From assembly GCA_963806535.1 (NCBI GenBank), contig CAWDYC010000007.1, positions 192,001 to 256,000 of the forward strand: DNA of 64,000 nt. Reading direction: 5' to 3'. This document shows positions 40,059-50,300 of the stretch, piece after piece; the stretch's first letter is position 1; the number at the start of each line of letters is the position of its first letter. Both the position numbers and the translations under genes were made by a program. A model generated the notes under the pieces. That model saw only the letters and a program-made list of their open reading frames with translations. It had not been told where the DNA came from and made no database searches. Source of the DNA: Candidatus Bathyarchaeota archaeon. GTDB taxonomy: Archaea; Thermoproteota; Bathyarchaeia; Bathyarchaeales; Bathycorpusculaceae.

Positions 40059-41036
40059 TTGACAATAGAACCCGTAGACTTGAAAGAAGCATCAAAGCTA
40101 GAAATCATTTCCTTAATGGACAACAATGTAGATTTTCTTTCAAGCAATGTTAGAAAAGAAGCGCAATCGTTTCGGCACTGGACTAAAGACAAATTGGGAC
40201 CAGAGTGGGCTCACGTACATACAGAGTTGCCGTTTGCAGAGCACGGTTTTTCCATGCTAATTAGGGTTTTTCAAAATCAAGAAATGTGCACAATTCTTTT
40301 TGATACAGGCATTAGTTCTAACGGAGTCATTATTAATGCTGAGCGCATGGGCATTGATTTGAGTGAAGTTTCTTATGTTGTCCTTTCCCATGGTCATTAT
40401 GATCATTTTGGTGGATTGCAAGCAATAGTTAAAGTTGTTAACAAAATCGACTTGCCAATAATAGCTCACGATGACATGGTAAAACGTAGAGGAACCTCCA
40501 GTCTTAGTGGAGATTTAAGGGAGTATCCACTTTTTCCTAGTTTAGAACAGTTAACTCCAGCAAAAATCGTTAAAACAAAAAAGCCGTATTTAATTGCCAA
40601 TGATTTGGCGTGCATTACTGGAGAAATTCCAAGAAAAACAACTTTTGAAAAGGGGTTAACGCAAAATAAAACTTATAGTGAAAACTCTTGGAAGACCGAC
40701 CTATTCCTGGATGACCGTGCCTTAGTCATTAATATCAAAGACAGAGGCTTGGTTATCATTTCTGGGTGTGCTCACTCTGGGATTATAAACACCGTACGAT
40801 ATGCTCAACATATTACTGGATTAACAAAGGTTTACGCAATATTTGGCGGCTTTCATTTAGCTGGAAAAGAATTTGAGAAGAGAATTGAACCTACGATAGA
40901 AGGGCTAAAAGACATAAATCCTGAATTAATAGTACCCTCACATTGCACAGGATGGCGAGCATTAATTCGAATAGCTCAAGTGTTCCCAAATGCCTTTGTT
41001 TACAATAGCGTTGGAAATATTTACCAATTCGAATAA
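40059..41036 (+). CDS. MBL-fold metallo-hydrolase (COG1237-like)
   Basis: [36 protein letters not shown]. Confidence 0.88.
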   Translation: MTIEPVDLKEASKLEIISLMDNNVDFLSSNVRKEAQSFRHWTKDKLGPEWAHVHTELPFAEHGFSMLIRVFQNQEMCTILFDTGISSNGVIINAERMGIDLSEVSYVVLSHGHYDHFGGLQAIVKVVNKIDLPIIAHDDMVKRRGTSSLSGDLREYPLFPSLEQLTPAKIVKTKKPYLIANDLACITGEIPRKTTFEKGLTQNKTYSENSWKTDLFLDDRALVINIKDRGLVIISGCAHSGIINTVRYAQHITGLTKVYAIFGGFHLAGKEFEKRIEPTIEGLKDINPELIVPSHCTGWRALIRIAQVFPNAFVYNSVGNIYQFE

Positions 41037-41101
41037 CAGCTTTTTCTAAAGATGGACTTGAGGATTATAAACGCAAAAAGACTCAATCGAAGACGAGCAA
41101 T

Positions 41102-43519
41102 ATGAGCCAAGAAAAAAACAAAAAAATCACCTTCAACATCGGCGGAATGAGTTGCATAAATTGCTCACTCTCCATAGAGAAAGCACTATCTAAACTAAAC
41201 GGTGTAACTCACGCCACCGTCAACTTCGCCGCTGAAAAAGCAATCATAGAATACAACCCAGAGATCGTCGACCAGAAAACCATAGAGAACACCATCGCTG
41301 AATCAGGATACCGGGTTATCCATGAGAAAATCGTGCTTCAGATAGGTGGCATGAGCTGCGTTAACTGCGCCCAAAGCATAGAAAAAGCATTAAACAGCAA
41401 AGAAGGCGTCTACAACGCAACCGTCAACTTTGCTACAGAAAAAGTCACCGTTGAATATAACCCAGAACAACTGAGCTTGGCTGGAATCAAAAAGACAATA
41501 CAAGAAGTTGGCTACCAAATAATTGAACACGAAAAAACCTTTCAGGATGCTGAAGGCAAAGAGCGCCAACGTCACATTCGACGCCTAAAAATCCTTTTGG
41601 CAGCAAGTGTTGCATTGACTGCCCCCATTATCATCTTGATGCTGTTCCCTGTTTTGCCTATGGAACAGAACAATATTTTGATGTTTATTTTGGCAACCCC
41701 GGTACAATTCATTGTCGGATGGACATTTTACGTTGGCGCATACAAGGGCTTGAGAAACAAAACCGCCAACATGGACACCTTAATTGCCATGGGAACATCT
41801 ACCGCTTGGCTCTACAGCACAGCAGTTACGTTTGCCCCAAGCATATTTCCAGGCGCCGGAGTTTTCTTCGATACAGCCACAATGATCATGAGCTTCATTT
41901 TGCTTGGAAAACTCTTAGATGCCATTGCAAAAGGCAGAACATCAGAAGCCATAAGAAAAATCATGGGTCTGCAAGCAAAAACTGCCAGAGTAATCAGAAA
42001 TAGCGAAGAACAAGAGATACCGATTGAAGATGTCCAAGTAGGAGACATTGTGATTGTTAGACCAGGAGAAAAAATCCCTGTTGACGGCATCGTTACCGAA
42101 GGCTACTCAGCAGTAGACGAGAAAGTCATCACAGGCGAAAGCATACCCGTTGAAAAGAAAAGCGGAGACCAAGTGGTTGGTGCCACCATGAACAAAACTG
42201 GGGTGCTTAAATTCAAAGCCACCAAAGTCGGCAAAGACACAGTTCTTGCCCAGATCATAAGCATGGTTGAAGATGCTTTAAGTTCAAAAGCACCTATTCA
42301 AAGACTAGCAGATATTGCGTCAGGCTATTTTGTTCCAACTATCATAATAACCGCCACGCTATCCGCCATGGCATGGTATTTCATAGCTGGCGCAACCTTC
42401 ATTTTTGCCCTTACAGTTTTCATCGCTGTGTTAATTGTTGCTTGTCCCTGCGCTCTTGGACTTGCTACCCCTACAGCCATCATGGTTGGAGTTGGGAAAG
42501 GAGCAGAAAACGGGATTTTAATCAAAAATGGCGAAACACTAGAAGCGGCTCATAAGCTTCAAACAGTTGTTTTTGATAAAACAGGCACACTAACCAAAGG
42601 CGAGCCTGAAGTCACAGATATCATCCCAACAGAAGCTTTTATTGAAGACCAACTTTTACAGCTAGCCAGCATTGCAGAGAAAAACTCTGAGCACCCTCTT
42701 GGAGAAGCGATAGTAAAGAAGGCAAAAGAGAAAGGCCTCCAGATTGATGAACCTGACGTCTTCAACGCCCTGCCGGGATATGGAGTGGAAGTAGAGCATA
42801 AAGGCGTCAAAATATTGTTGGGCAATCGCAGACTCATGGAAGCTAATAACCTGGACATTAGTGCATTTGACATTAAGATGAAGAGGCTTGAGGAAGAAGG
42901 AAAAACCGCAATGCTACTTGCAGTTGACACTCAGCTTGCAGGATTGATTGCTGTGGCTGACACCTTAAAGGAACATTCTGCCGACGCCGTAAAAACCCTT
43001 CAGCAAATGGGCTTAGAGGTCATCATGATTACAGGGGATAACCAAAGAACTGCCAACGCCATAGCAAAACAATTGGGCGTTAATGGCGTGTTCTCCGAAG
43101 TCCTTCCTAGCGAAAAAAGCACTGAAATAAAGCGGCTGCAATCCGAAGGCAAAGTTGTTGCTATGGTTGGAGACGGAATAAACGATGCTCCCGCTTTGGC
43201 GCAGGCAAACATTGGAATTGCTGTTGGCAGCGGAACGGATGTAGCTATTGAAACGGGGGATATAGTGTTAATTAAGAATGATTTGAGGGATGTAGTGGTA
43301 GCTATTCAGTTAAGCCGTGCTACGATGAAGAAAATCCGTCAGAATCTATTCTGGGCATTCTTCTACAACATCGTCCTCGTTCCCTTGGCGGCAGGCGCAT
43401 TCTACCCGATCTTGCATGTTCTATTTAACCCAGTGTACGCGGCAGCTGCCATGGCAAGCAGTTCAGTAACTGTAGTTACCAACGCTTCACTCCTCAGAAG
43501 GTTTAAACCAAAAGTCTAA
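41102..43519 (+). CDS. copA: Cu(I)-translocating P1B ATPase
   Basis: Two GMSCxNC HMA domains, CPC, DKTGT, SEHP, GDGIND, FFYN, MASSS. Confidence 0.93.
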   Translation: MSQEKNKKITFNIGGMSCINCSLSIEKALSKLNGVTHATVNFAAEKAIIEYNPEIVDQKTIENTIAESGYRVIHEKIVLQIGGMSCVNCAQSIEKALNSKEGVYNATVNFATEKVTVEYNPEQLSLAGIKKTIQEVGYQIIEHEKTFQDAEGKERQRHIRRLKILLAASVALTAPIIILMLFPVLPMEQNNILMFILATPVQFIVGWTFYVGAYKGLRNKTANMDTLIAMGTSTAWLYSTAVTFAPSIFPGAGVFFDTATMIMSFILLGKLLDAIAKGRTSEAIRKIMGLQAKTARVIRNSEEQEIPIEDVQVGDIVIVRPGEKIPVDGIVTEGYSAVDEKVITGESIPVEKKSGDQVVGATMNKTGVLKFKATKVGKDTVLAQIISMVEDALSSKAPIQRLADIASGYFVPTIIITATLSAMAWYFIAGATFIFALTVFIAVLIVACPCALGLATPTAIMVGVGKGAENGILIKNGETLEAAHKLQTVVFDKTGTLTKGEPEVTDIIPTEAFIEDQLLQLASIAEKNSEHPLGEAIVKKAKEKGLQIDEPDVFNALPGYGVEVEHKGVKILLGNRRLMEANNLDISAFDIKMKRLEEEGKTAMLLAVDTQLAGLIAVADTLKEHSADAVKTLQQMGLEVIMITGDNQRTANAIAKQLGVNGVFSEVLPSEKSTEIKRLQSEGKVVAMVGDGINDAPALAQANIGIAVGSGTDVAIETGDIVLIKNDLRDVVVAIQLSRATMKKIRQNLFWAFFYNIVLVPLAAGAFYPILHVLFNPVYAAAAMASSSVTVVTNASLLRRFKPKV

Positions 43520-43555
43520 TCATAAAAATTAACCAATGTTGGAGGTGAGAAAAGT

Positions 43556-43744
43556 ATGGCTAAAGATTTGGTATGCAATATGGAAGTTGACGAGAAAACT
43601 GCAAAATACAAAACAATCTACCAAGGCAAATACTACTATTTCTGCGCACCAGGATGCAAAAAATCCTTCGAAGCAAACCCCCAAAAATACATCGGCGGTA
43701 ACTCGTCAAGTCAAAATTGCAGTTGCGGTCAGGACCACTGCTAA
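43556..43744 (+). CDS. YHS/TRASH metal-binding protein
   Basis: DLVCNMEV...YYFCAPGC..F..NP.KY, directly after copA. Confidence 0.85.
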   Translation: MAKDLVCNMEVDEKTAKYKTIYQGKYYYFCAPGCKKSFEANPQKYIGGNSSSQNCSCGQDHC

Positions 43745-43770
43745 ACCGCTAAAGTTTAGCCTTAATAACT

Positions 43771-43830
43771 TTTTTTTGACTAAATTTGATTTTTCTCGAC
43801 TTATTTTGACTTTTTACGACTTTTTTTGAC
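43771..43830. repeat. Six degenerate 10-bp tandem repeats (TTTTTTTGAC-like)
   Basis: tttttttgac taaatttgat ttttctcgac ttattttgac tttttacgac tttttttgac. Confidence 0.7.
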
Positions 43831-43970
43831 TCAACCTACAAAGAAAACAAAGCCTAAATCAAAAAAACAGCCTAATTCACAAAGAACAGAATCTTCGCAG
43901 AAATCCGTCAGCAAGAAAAAACAACAAAAAATAGTTCCCAAAAACATGAGTTCTTTGGCATTTCCTTTTT

Positions 43971-44020
43971 CTTACATTTTCTTACAAATTCTTACAGAAA
44001 TTTACAGATTCTTACAGATT
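43971..44020. repeat. Five degenerate 10-bp tandem repeats (CTTACAGATT-like)
   Basis: cttacatttt cttacaaatt cttacagaaa tttacagatt cttacagatt. Confidence 0.75.
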
Positions 44021-44181
44021 AAGACGCAATCTGCAAACGAATCAAATCCTAGACCAAAAAAGCAACCCAAAACACAAAGAACAAAAACTGCAAACTACTG
44101 TTGTTCTTTTAAAGACATTCGCCAGCAAAATATCGAAGTAAATAAACAAAGTAAAATATTCTTTAAAAAAAATAGAAAAAG

Positions 44182-45657
44182 CTACTGTGCCTTTGGAGTT
44201 GGCGCTGGAGGCTGCATAGACATTTCTGGCTGAATGATCTTGGCAAAATTCTTCTTTGCACGATTTTGTTTCAGCGTAGCCAGTTTAACGACCTCATCTT
44301 TGTTAATTTCAGCTGTTGTCAACTGTGTGTTTTCCAGAAGTGTTCTACCTATATCTGATCGAACGATTACGGTTGAATACCCTTCAGGGCTTCCAACTGA
44401 ACCTACAGATATGTCCGCGTATTTGTTGCTGAAGTCATCGCAGAAATTACAGCCGTGCTCTTGAGCTGCTGACAAATCTTTCACTGCAACAACATATTCC
44501 TTGCCTTCAACTGTAGCTGTGAATTTGCCCTTGTGAATCTGAGTCTTCTCGACCTTGTCCAAGTCGACTCCCATTTGATTCTGAACGGCAACCTTAAGCT
44601 TATCATAATCAAAAGCCTCAAAACAGAACAGCCCAACTATCGTAAGTTGCAAATTAGGATATTTTGTAAGCATTACCTGCTGGATTTTTCTTGCAGCACG
44701 AACTTCGCAGGGTGTACCGACAACGACGATTTTCCGCTTACCCTTCTCAATTAAATCGTCAAGTAACCAAAGCATTTTAACACGAAGGTACTTTGTGCTT
44801 TCAGCCTTAATGATGTCATCCACACTCTCGGTTACCACTGCTTCAGCTTGATAACCTTCTGTACGTTGCACAACGATGGCTGTATCAAATATGCCTTTCT
44901 GCATACCAGAGACAAGCAAGGATGTTGCAACTCCACCATCCTGCCCTCCGAAAGAACTCTTGGCTGCCAGAATTTGGCTATAGACCCCGAGGTTTTCATC
45001 ATATGTTCCTTTCAGGAATTGCTGATTGATTTTTTTGCCATCTTCGTCCGTCATAGCATACGTATAAGCTCTTCTTCGTTTGGAGTTCGTAGGGCAAACT
45101 TTGACGCAAGCACCACAACCAATACAATCGTTCGAGAATGTTTGGTAAGGTGTGGTAACTTCCCTTTCTACTCCACGTTTAGCAAAGTCTATGGCGTTTA
45201 CACCGACTAATTCGTCACAGACCCGAGTGCATAACCCGCACAGGATGCAGTCCTCGTCTTCATCTTCTACCCAGAAACTTTGTTTTTCAATACCGTATTC
45301 AAGCGCCAAATCCTTGATTTTTTGAACCTTAGGAGTACGCGCCAAAAGCAATTCTAGCAATAGTTTACGTACCTTGATGGTTTTTTCAGATTTAGTGTAA
45401 ACTACCAAGCCTTCTTCAACTGGGTAGTTGCAGGAGGTAACAATGCGACTTCTTCCCCGCTTATCTATAATTTCTACTGAACAGATGCGACATGACCCAA
45501 ATGGAGAAAGCGCTTTATGGTAACAGAGAGTTGGAATGTCTATGCCCATGCTTTTTGCTGCATCAAGGAGGGTTGCGCCTTCTTTTGCCCTTACTTCTCG
45601 ACCATCTATTTTTAATGTAATTTCTTGCTGGCTTGGTTCCGTCGGTTTTACCTCCAT
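44182..45657 (-). CDS. HydA/NuoG-like N-terminal Fe-S module fused to an FrhB/FdhB (F420-binding) domain
   Basis: IPTLCY..GSCRIC..TSC, CILCGLC..VC, CIGCGAC..CP, then GQDGGVATSLL, VGTPCE, GLFCFEAF, CNFCDD..ADISVGSVGSP.G. Confidence 0.9.
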   Translation of the reverse strand: MEVKPTEPSQQEITLKIDGREVRAKEGATLLDAAKSMGIDIPTLCYHKALSPFGSCRICSVEIIDKRGRSRIVTSCNYPVEEGLVVYTKSEKTIKVRKLLLELLLARTPKVQKIKDLALEYGIEKQSFWVEDEDEDCILCGLCTRVCDELVGVNAIDFAKRGVEREVTTPYQTFSNDCIGCGACVKVCPTNSKRRRAYTYAMTDEDGKKINQQFLKGTYDENLGVYSQILAAKSSFGGQDGGVATSLLVSGMQKGIFDTAIVVQRTEGYQAEAVVTESVDDIIKAESTKYLRVKMLWLLDDLIEKGKRKIVVVGTPCEVRAARKIQQVMLTKYPNLQLTIVGLFCFEAFDYDKLKVAVQNQMGVDLDKVEKTQIHKGKFTATVEGKEYVVAVKDLSAAQEHGCNFCDDFSNKYADISVGSVGSPEGYSTVIVRSDIGRTLLENTQLTTAEINKDEVVKLATLKQNRAKKNFAKIIQPEMSMQPPAPTPKAQ

Positions 45658-45658
45658 T

Positions 45659-47596
45659 TTAGTTCGCCTTCTTAACTGGTTTTTTCAGTCTCTGTTCCTC
45701 AGGGATTGGCGGTGGAACAGGTTTTCCAGAAATCTTCATAACCGCCTTGAACTTGCAGGCTTCGAAGCAGCTGCCGCATTTAATGCACTTTGATTGATCA
45801 ACTATGTGAATCTTACCTACCGCTCCATCGATGGCTTGGACAGGGCAATTTCGTGAGCATAATGTACACGCGTTGCATTTGGCTGGGTCTATGTAGAAAT
45901 TTATGAGCGGCTTGCAAGCTAATGCGGGACACCTTTTTTCTTTGATATGTGCTTCATATTCATCTGCAAAGTATCGAAGTGTTGTAAGCGTTGGGTTTGC
46001 AGAAGTCTGGCCTAAAGCACAGAGTGCCGAAGAATTTGAAGCCTCAGCAATTTGCCCAAGTTTCTTGATGTCGCCTTCTTCACCCTTACCTGAAACTATA
46101 TCGTTTAGGATTTTTCTTGCTTGTTTTAGTCCTTCTCGGCAGGGCACACATTTACCGCATGACTCATCGCAAAGAAAGTTGACAAAGTATCTTGCTACGT
46201 CTACCATACAGGTGTCTTCGTCCATAACGATTAATCCACCTGAGCCCATGATTGCACCAAGTTTTTTGAGCTCATCAAAATCTACGGGTGTATCGAGGTA
46301 TTGTTCGGGAATTATGCCGCCTGAAGGCCCCCCAGCTTGAACTGCCTTAAATTTCTTTCCGTTTCGTATGCCGCCGCCTATTTTGAAAATAATGTCTCTA
46401 AGAGTCATACCCATTGCGACTTCAACTAGACCAGTGTTGTTGACTTTGCCTGCTAGCGCGAAGATTTTGGTGCCTTTGCTGCCTGTCGTGCCAATTTTTG
46501 TAAACCAATCGGCGCCGTTGTTTATAATTACTGGAACGTTTGCGTAAGTTTCAACGTTGTTTAATACGCTTGGCTTGTCCCAAAGGCCCTTCTCAGCGGT
46601 ATGGACATATTTTGGTCGGGGCTCTCCGACTCGACCTTCAATCGCAGTCATTAGCGCACTTGATTCGCCCGAAACAAAGGCTCCAGCTCCTTTGTGGATT
46701 TTGACTTTGAAGTTGAATCCTGAACCCAGAATGTTATCGCCAAGCAATCCATAAGCAGTAGCTCGATCTATGGCCTTCTGCATGTTCTCCACTGCAAGTG
46801 GATATTCTTGGCGAACATAAATGAAGCCTTCATGAGAACCAATCGCATAAGCAGCAATTATTAGACCCTCCAGAATACTATGCGGGTTACCCTCCATCAA
46901 AGCGCGATTCATGAAAGCGCCCGGGTCGCCTTCGTCACAGTTAACTATAACGTATTTTGGTTCGCCTTTTGCTTTGCGGGTGGAATCCCATTTTTGAAAA
47001 GTTGGAAAACCTCCCCCTCCACGACCTCGCAGTTGTGACTGCTTAATTTCGTCCATTACTTGGTCGGGAGTCATTTGGAACAGTACTTTGGAGAGGGCTT
47101 TGTACCCATCTAAAGCAATGTAATCTTTTATTTTTTTTGGGTCTATTGCGGCATTGTTATCCATGAGAAGTCTGTACTGATACTTATAGAAAGGCACGTC
47201 AACAAGACGCTTGACCTTCTCGCCCGTGTTAGGATCAGCATAAAGTAAGCGTTCAACAATTTCTTTGTTCATAACAGTTTTTGAAACGATTTCTGGTACG
47301 TCAGAAGGCTGCACTTTGAAATAAGCTATGTTTTCAGGGTAAATAACGACACGTGGACCTTTTTCACAAAAACCCAAGCAACCTGTTTGCTTAATGTCTA
47401 CTTTGCCGTCTAAACCTTGTTTTTTGAATTCATCTTGGAAGGCTTGAAGGACAGCTTTTGCGCCAAGAGCTTCGCAACCTGTACTTATGCATAGTGTGAC
47501 AGCGGGTTTTTTAAAGTCTGTTTTGCCGATGAGTTCGCTTCGGAGTTTTTCTAAGTCAGCTGGAGAGTTCAAACGAACCATGTTTGGATTCCTCAT
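45659..47596 (-). CDS. HydB/NuoF-like FMN/NAD(P)H subunit with N-terminal 2Fe-2S and C-terminal 2x[4Fe-4S]
   Basis: TGCLGFCEKGP, LRGRGGGGFP, NCDEGDPGAFM, GAGAFVSGESSAL, ESCGKCVPCREG, HIKEKRCPALAC. Confidence 0.92.
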   Translation of the reverse strand: MRNPNMVRLNSPADLEKLRSELIGKTDFKKPAVTLCISTGCEALGAKAVLQAFQDEFKKQGLDGKVDIKQTGCLGFCEKGPRVVIYPENIAYFKVQPSDVPEIVSKTVMNKEIVERLLYADPNTGEKVKRLVDVPFYKYQYRLLMDNNAAIDPKKIKDYIALDGYKALSKVLFQMTPDQVMDEIKQSQLRGRGGGGFPTFQKWDSTRKAKGEPKYVIVNCDEGDPGAFMNRALMEGNPHSILEGLIIAAYAIGSHEGFIYVRQEYPLAVENMQKAIDRATAYGLLGDNILGSGFNFKVKIHKGAGAFVSGESSALMTAIEGRVGEPRPKYVHTAEKGLWDKPSVLNNVETYANVPVIINNGADWFTKIGTTGSKGTKIFALAGKVNNTGLVEVAMGMTLRDIIFKIGGGIRNGKKFKAVQAGGPSGGIIPEQYLDTPVDFDELKKLGAIMGSGGLIVMDEDTCMVDVARYFVNFLCDESCGKCVPCREGLKQARKILNDIVSGKGEEGDIKKLGQIAEASNSSALCALGQTSANPTLTTLRYFADEYEAHIKEKRCPALACKPLINFYIDPAKCNACTLCSRNCPVQAIDGAVGKIHIVDQSKCIKCGSCFEACKFKAVMKISGKPVPPPIPEEQRLKKPVKKAN

Positions 47597-48060
47597 TTAT
47601 AGTTGGAAAGGAGTTTTCCTATGGTTGTTACGGAGAGTTTGCCGTGGTATTGGCCGTCAATTTCAATCACGGGTCCAAGGGCGCAGCAGCCTAGGCAGTT
47701 AACGGTTTCTAGTGAAAAATTTTTGTCAGAGGTTGTTTCGCCTGCCTTAATGTTTAAGGTTCGTTCTATGGAATCTAAAATTCTTGGTCCTCCGCGGACA
47801 TAACAGGCGGTTCCAGCACATACACGAACAAGGTGACGCCCACGTGGTTTGAGGCTTAATGCTGTATAGAAGCTGGCAACTCGGTAAATTTCGCTTACTG
47901 GAATCTTGAGCCGTTTGTTTATCCTCATAATGGCTTCTTTAGGTATCCAGTTGAGCTCATGCTGAATATCTAAAAGTAACTGAATCAAAACTCCTTCGCC
48001 GTCAACATATTTATCGATGATTTTATCGATTTGTTCAATTGACATTTGTGGGGTCTCCAC
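47593..48060 (-). CDS. HydC/NuoE-like 2Fe-2S subunit
   Basis: VASFY, VCAGTACYVRG, NCLGCCALGP. Confidence 0.92.
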   Translation of the reverse strand: METPQMSIEQIDKIIDKYVDGEGVLIQLLLDIQHELNWIPKEAIMRINKRLKIPVSEIYRVASFYTALSLKPRGRHLVRVCAGTACYVRGGPRILDSIERTLNIKAGETTSDKNFSLETVNCLGCCALGPVIEIDGQYHGKLSVTTIGKLLSNYK

Positions 48061-48189
48061 TACGATTAGAATCTTAAACTACATCTTTCAATTAAATAAG
48101 GGTTTGTCGCTATTTTTATAATGTTCTTTGTTTAATACGGCGATTTGAACACAACCCTTGTAATCGTTTTTATTGACTTTTAGTAAACG

Positions 48190-48840
48190 TCAGTCACTAT
48201 GTTTTCTGCTGAAGCCGATCTGCTCTAAAAATCGTTTAGAAATAGTAGTGTTTTGAATTTTAAATAATTTTTTCAGATCTTCGGCAGAATCAATATCCGC
48301 TGCAAGCTTACTTGAAAAGTGTATCCTAACACCTATGTTGTTTAAAAAAGCTTGTCGGATGTGTTTTAGGAAGCTTTCAGGTCCATAACAAGCGGGTATA
48401 AGCTTAGGAGGATGCTGGTAAAGTGCATTGGTTCCCCAATCATGTGAAGGAGATAAAACAATCGCTGAGCTGACATCATCAGCAAGTTGGATGATTCGAT
48501 TAATTTCTTCGGAGTCAATGAGTGGGACATCTGCTGGCAAAACAAGAACCGAACGCGCACCTTTTTGAATGCAATAGGATGTGGTTTCGTCAATAGTTGA
48601 ATTCAAAGACGCCCCTTTAGCAAACCGATAAAAAGCTCCAAACTCTTCCGCCGTCTTCCGAACTATGAAATCATCAGCCACCACAACAACTTTGTCTACA
48701 ACAGAAGTTTGAAGCGCCTTTAAGACATCTTGCAGCATAGTTAACGTAAGCATTTCACGTTGCTGCGGTGTGAAAACTGTTGAAAGCCTCTTTTTTGAAT
48801 CGGCAAGCTTTTTTACTGGGATAATTGCGTAGATAGCCAC
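48190..48840 (-). CDS. cofC: 2-phospho-L-lactate/PEP guanylyltransferase (F420 synthesis)
   Basis: AIIPVK..SKKRLS, MLQDVL, PADVP, GTNAL, DIDSAEDL. Confidence 0.88.
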   Translation of the reverse strand: MAIYAIIPVKKLADSKKRLSTVFTPQQREMLTLTMLQDVLKALQTSVVDKVVVVADDFIVRKTAEEFGAFYRFAKGASLNSTIDETTSYCIQKGARSVLVLPADVPLIDSEEINRIIQLADDVSSAIVLSPSHDWGTNALYQHPPKLIPACYGPESFLKHIRQAFLNNIGVRIHFSSKLAADIDSAEDLKKLFKIQNTTISKRFLEQIGFSRKHSD

Positions 48841-48958
48841 TTTTTGAAAACCGCCAACAAGTACCAAACGAGCAACAGGATTCAATATTGCTAATTGAGA
48901 ATTGAACGTTGCCTAAAAATATTTAGATAGGCGCGCGATTAAACGCGCTTTCTAAAAT

Positions 48959-49957
48959 TTAGCTTTTAAAGTGGGGAATAATTTTGCTACCGATCAAGTC
49001 GATAGAGTTTTTAACGTTGGTGCCGATCGGGGAGCCGACTACGAATTGGCTAATGCCGATTTTTTGAAGACCTGCTATTTTTTCAATGCATACATCTGGT
49101 GTGCCGCAAATTGAGAATGCATCAATCATTTCTGGTGTTACTGCTGCTAAGGCTTTTGGAAAATCGCCTGCTTTAAGTGCTGCGCGTAATTCGTCTGCTT
49201 TAGCTACATCTATTTTGTGTTTTTCAAGAACTGGCGGTGGACTACCTGCGACTATGAAGGCTACGACTGGTGTTGCGGCTTTCGTGGCTTTTTTGGGATC
49301 CTCGTTAACTGAGAATGATGTGTAAGCTGTTATATCAACATCGCTGGGTGATTTGCCTGCTTGTTTCATTCCTTCATTTGCCATTTTCACCGCGAATTCT
49401 ATGTCGCTTGGATGACTGGCGTTAATTAGAACTCCATCACCGATTTTTCCAGCCATCTCCAGCATTTTTGGACCCTGAGCGCCAACGTAAACTGGAATCT
49501 TGTTAGCTGGTTTAAAGTTGAATTTTGCGCCTGCAGCTTTGAAAACTTCACCTTGAAAAGCAACTTTTTCGCCGGCGGTTAATTTTCGGAACATTTCAAT
49601 TGATTCTCTTACGGCTGCTAATGGTTTGCCCATGTCTATGCCGACAGCTTCAAGAGTGGTTTTGTCGCCTGCACCCATTCCAAGCACAACTCTTCCCGGC
49701 GCTAGCTCGTTCAGTGTTGCGATGGCTTGTGCGGTTATAACTGGGTTAACCATCCACGGATTGGTTACTCCCGTTCCGAAAGTGATTTTGTTTGTAAACA
49801 AAGCTGCAGCGGCCAAAGTAACATAAACATTACGGTTGCCAAAGTGATCAGTTACCCATAGGTTGTCAAACCCGCTGTTTTCAGCCTGGATAGCGTAAGC
49901 TGCTAATTTCCAGTATGGTTCTTTTGGAACAAATTCAATTCCGAATTTTAGTGCCAA
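48959..49957 (-). CDS. mer: F420-dependent methylene-H4MPT reductase
   Basis: KFGIEFVP, TDHFGNRN, GVTNP, GAQGPKML, DGVLINASHP, GSPIG. Confidence 0.93.
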   Translation of the reverse strand: MALKFGIEFVPKEPYWKLAAYAIQAENSGFDNLWVTDHFGNRNVYVTLAAAALFTNKITFGTGVTNPWMVNPVITAQAIATLNELAPGRVVLGMGAGDKTTLEAVGIDMGKPLAAVRESIEMFRKLTAGEKVAFQGEVFKAAGAKFNFKPANKIPVYVGAQGPKMLEMAGKIGDGVLINASHPSDIEFAVKMANEGMKQAGKSPSDVDITAYTSFSVNEDPKKATKAATPVVAFIVAGSPPPVLEKHKIDVAKADELRAALKAGDFPKALAAVTPEMIDAFSICGTPDVCIEKIAGLQKIGISQFVVGSPIGTNVKNSIDLIGSKIIPHFKS

Positions 49958-49958
49958 A

Positions 49959-50243
49959 TTACATGCCTCCTTTCTTTATTTCTTCAGCCAATTGTGTCAT
50001 TTGCATTTCATTTAATGCAGCCATGGTTTTTTCTGGTTCAAGTAGCAATGCTACTTCGAGAAGAATTGAAACGCCGGTTTTGTTTTTTATGATTCCTTGC
50101 TGCATAGCGGAGAGCATACAGTTAGCGAGTTTAGTTGGCATTTTTCCTTCATTCTTAGTTGTTAAAACGAAATTAAGCAGTTGATCGGATAATGGTCCCA
50201 ACTTTTCAGCAGGAACCAAATCAGCTAATTTAGGATAATCCAT
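49959..50243 (-). CDS. Small hypothetical protein upstream of mer
   Basis: 94-aa ORF with GGAG RBS, ending 2 nt before the mer start. Confidence 0.7.
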   Translation of the reverse strand: MDYPKLADLVPAEKLGPLSDQLLNFVLTTKNEGKMPTKLANCMLSAMQQGIIKNKTGVSILLEVALLLEPEKTMAALNEMQMTQLAEEIKKGGM

Positions 50244-50300
50244 ACAAGGTTAACTCCTATAGCGAAAAGTAATTACAAGATGTATTTAAAAAGCTGTCGT

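Noticed and set aside
43771-44020. Repeat arrays as a CRISPR
   Set aside because: Contiguous 10-bp units with no spacers and no cas genes.
43826-44233. 135-aa Lys-rich ORF
   Set aside because: Product of A-rich low-complexity DNA, has no motifs and overlaps the FrhB-fusion 3' end in antisense.
44182-48060. Respiratory complex I or [FeFe]-hydrogenase
   Set aside because: No membrane Nuo subunits and no H-cluster motifs.
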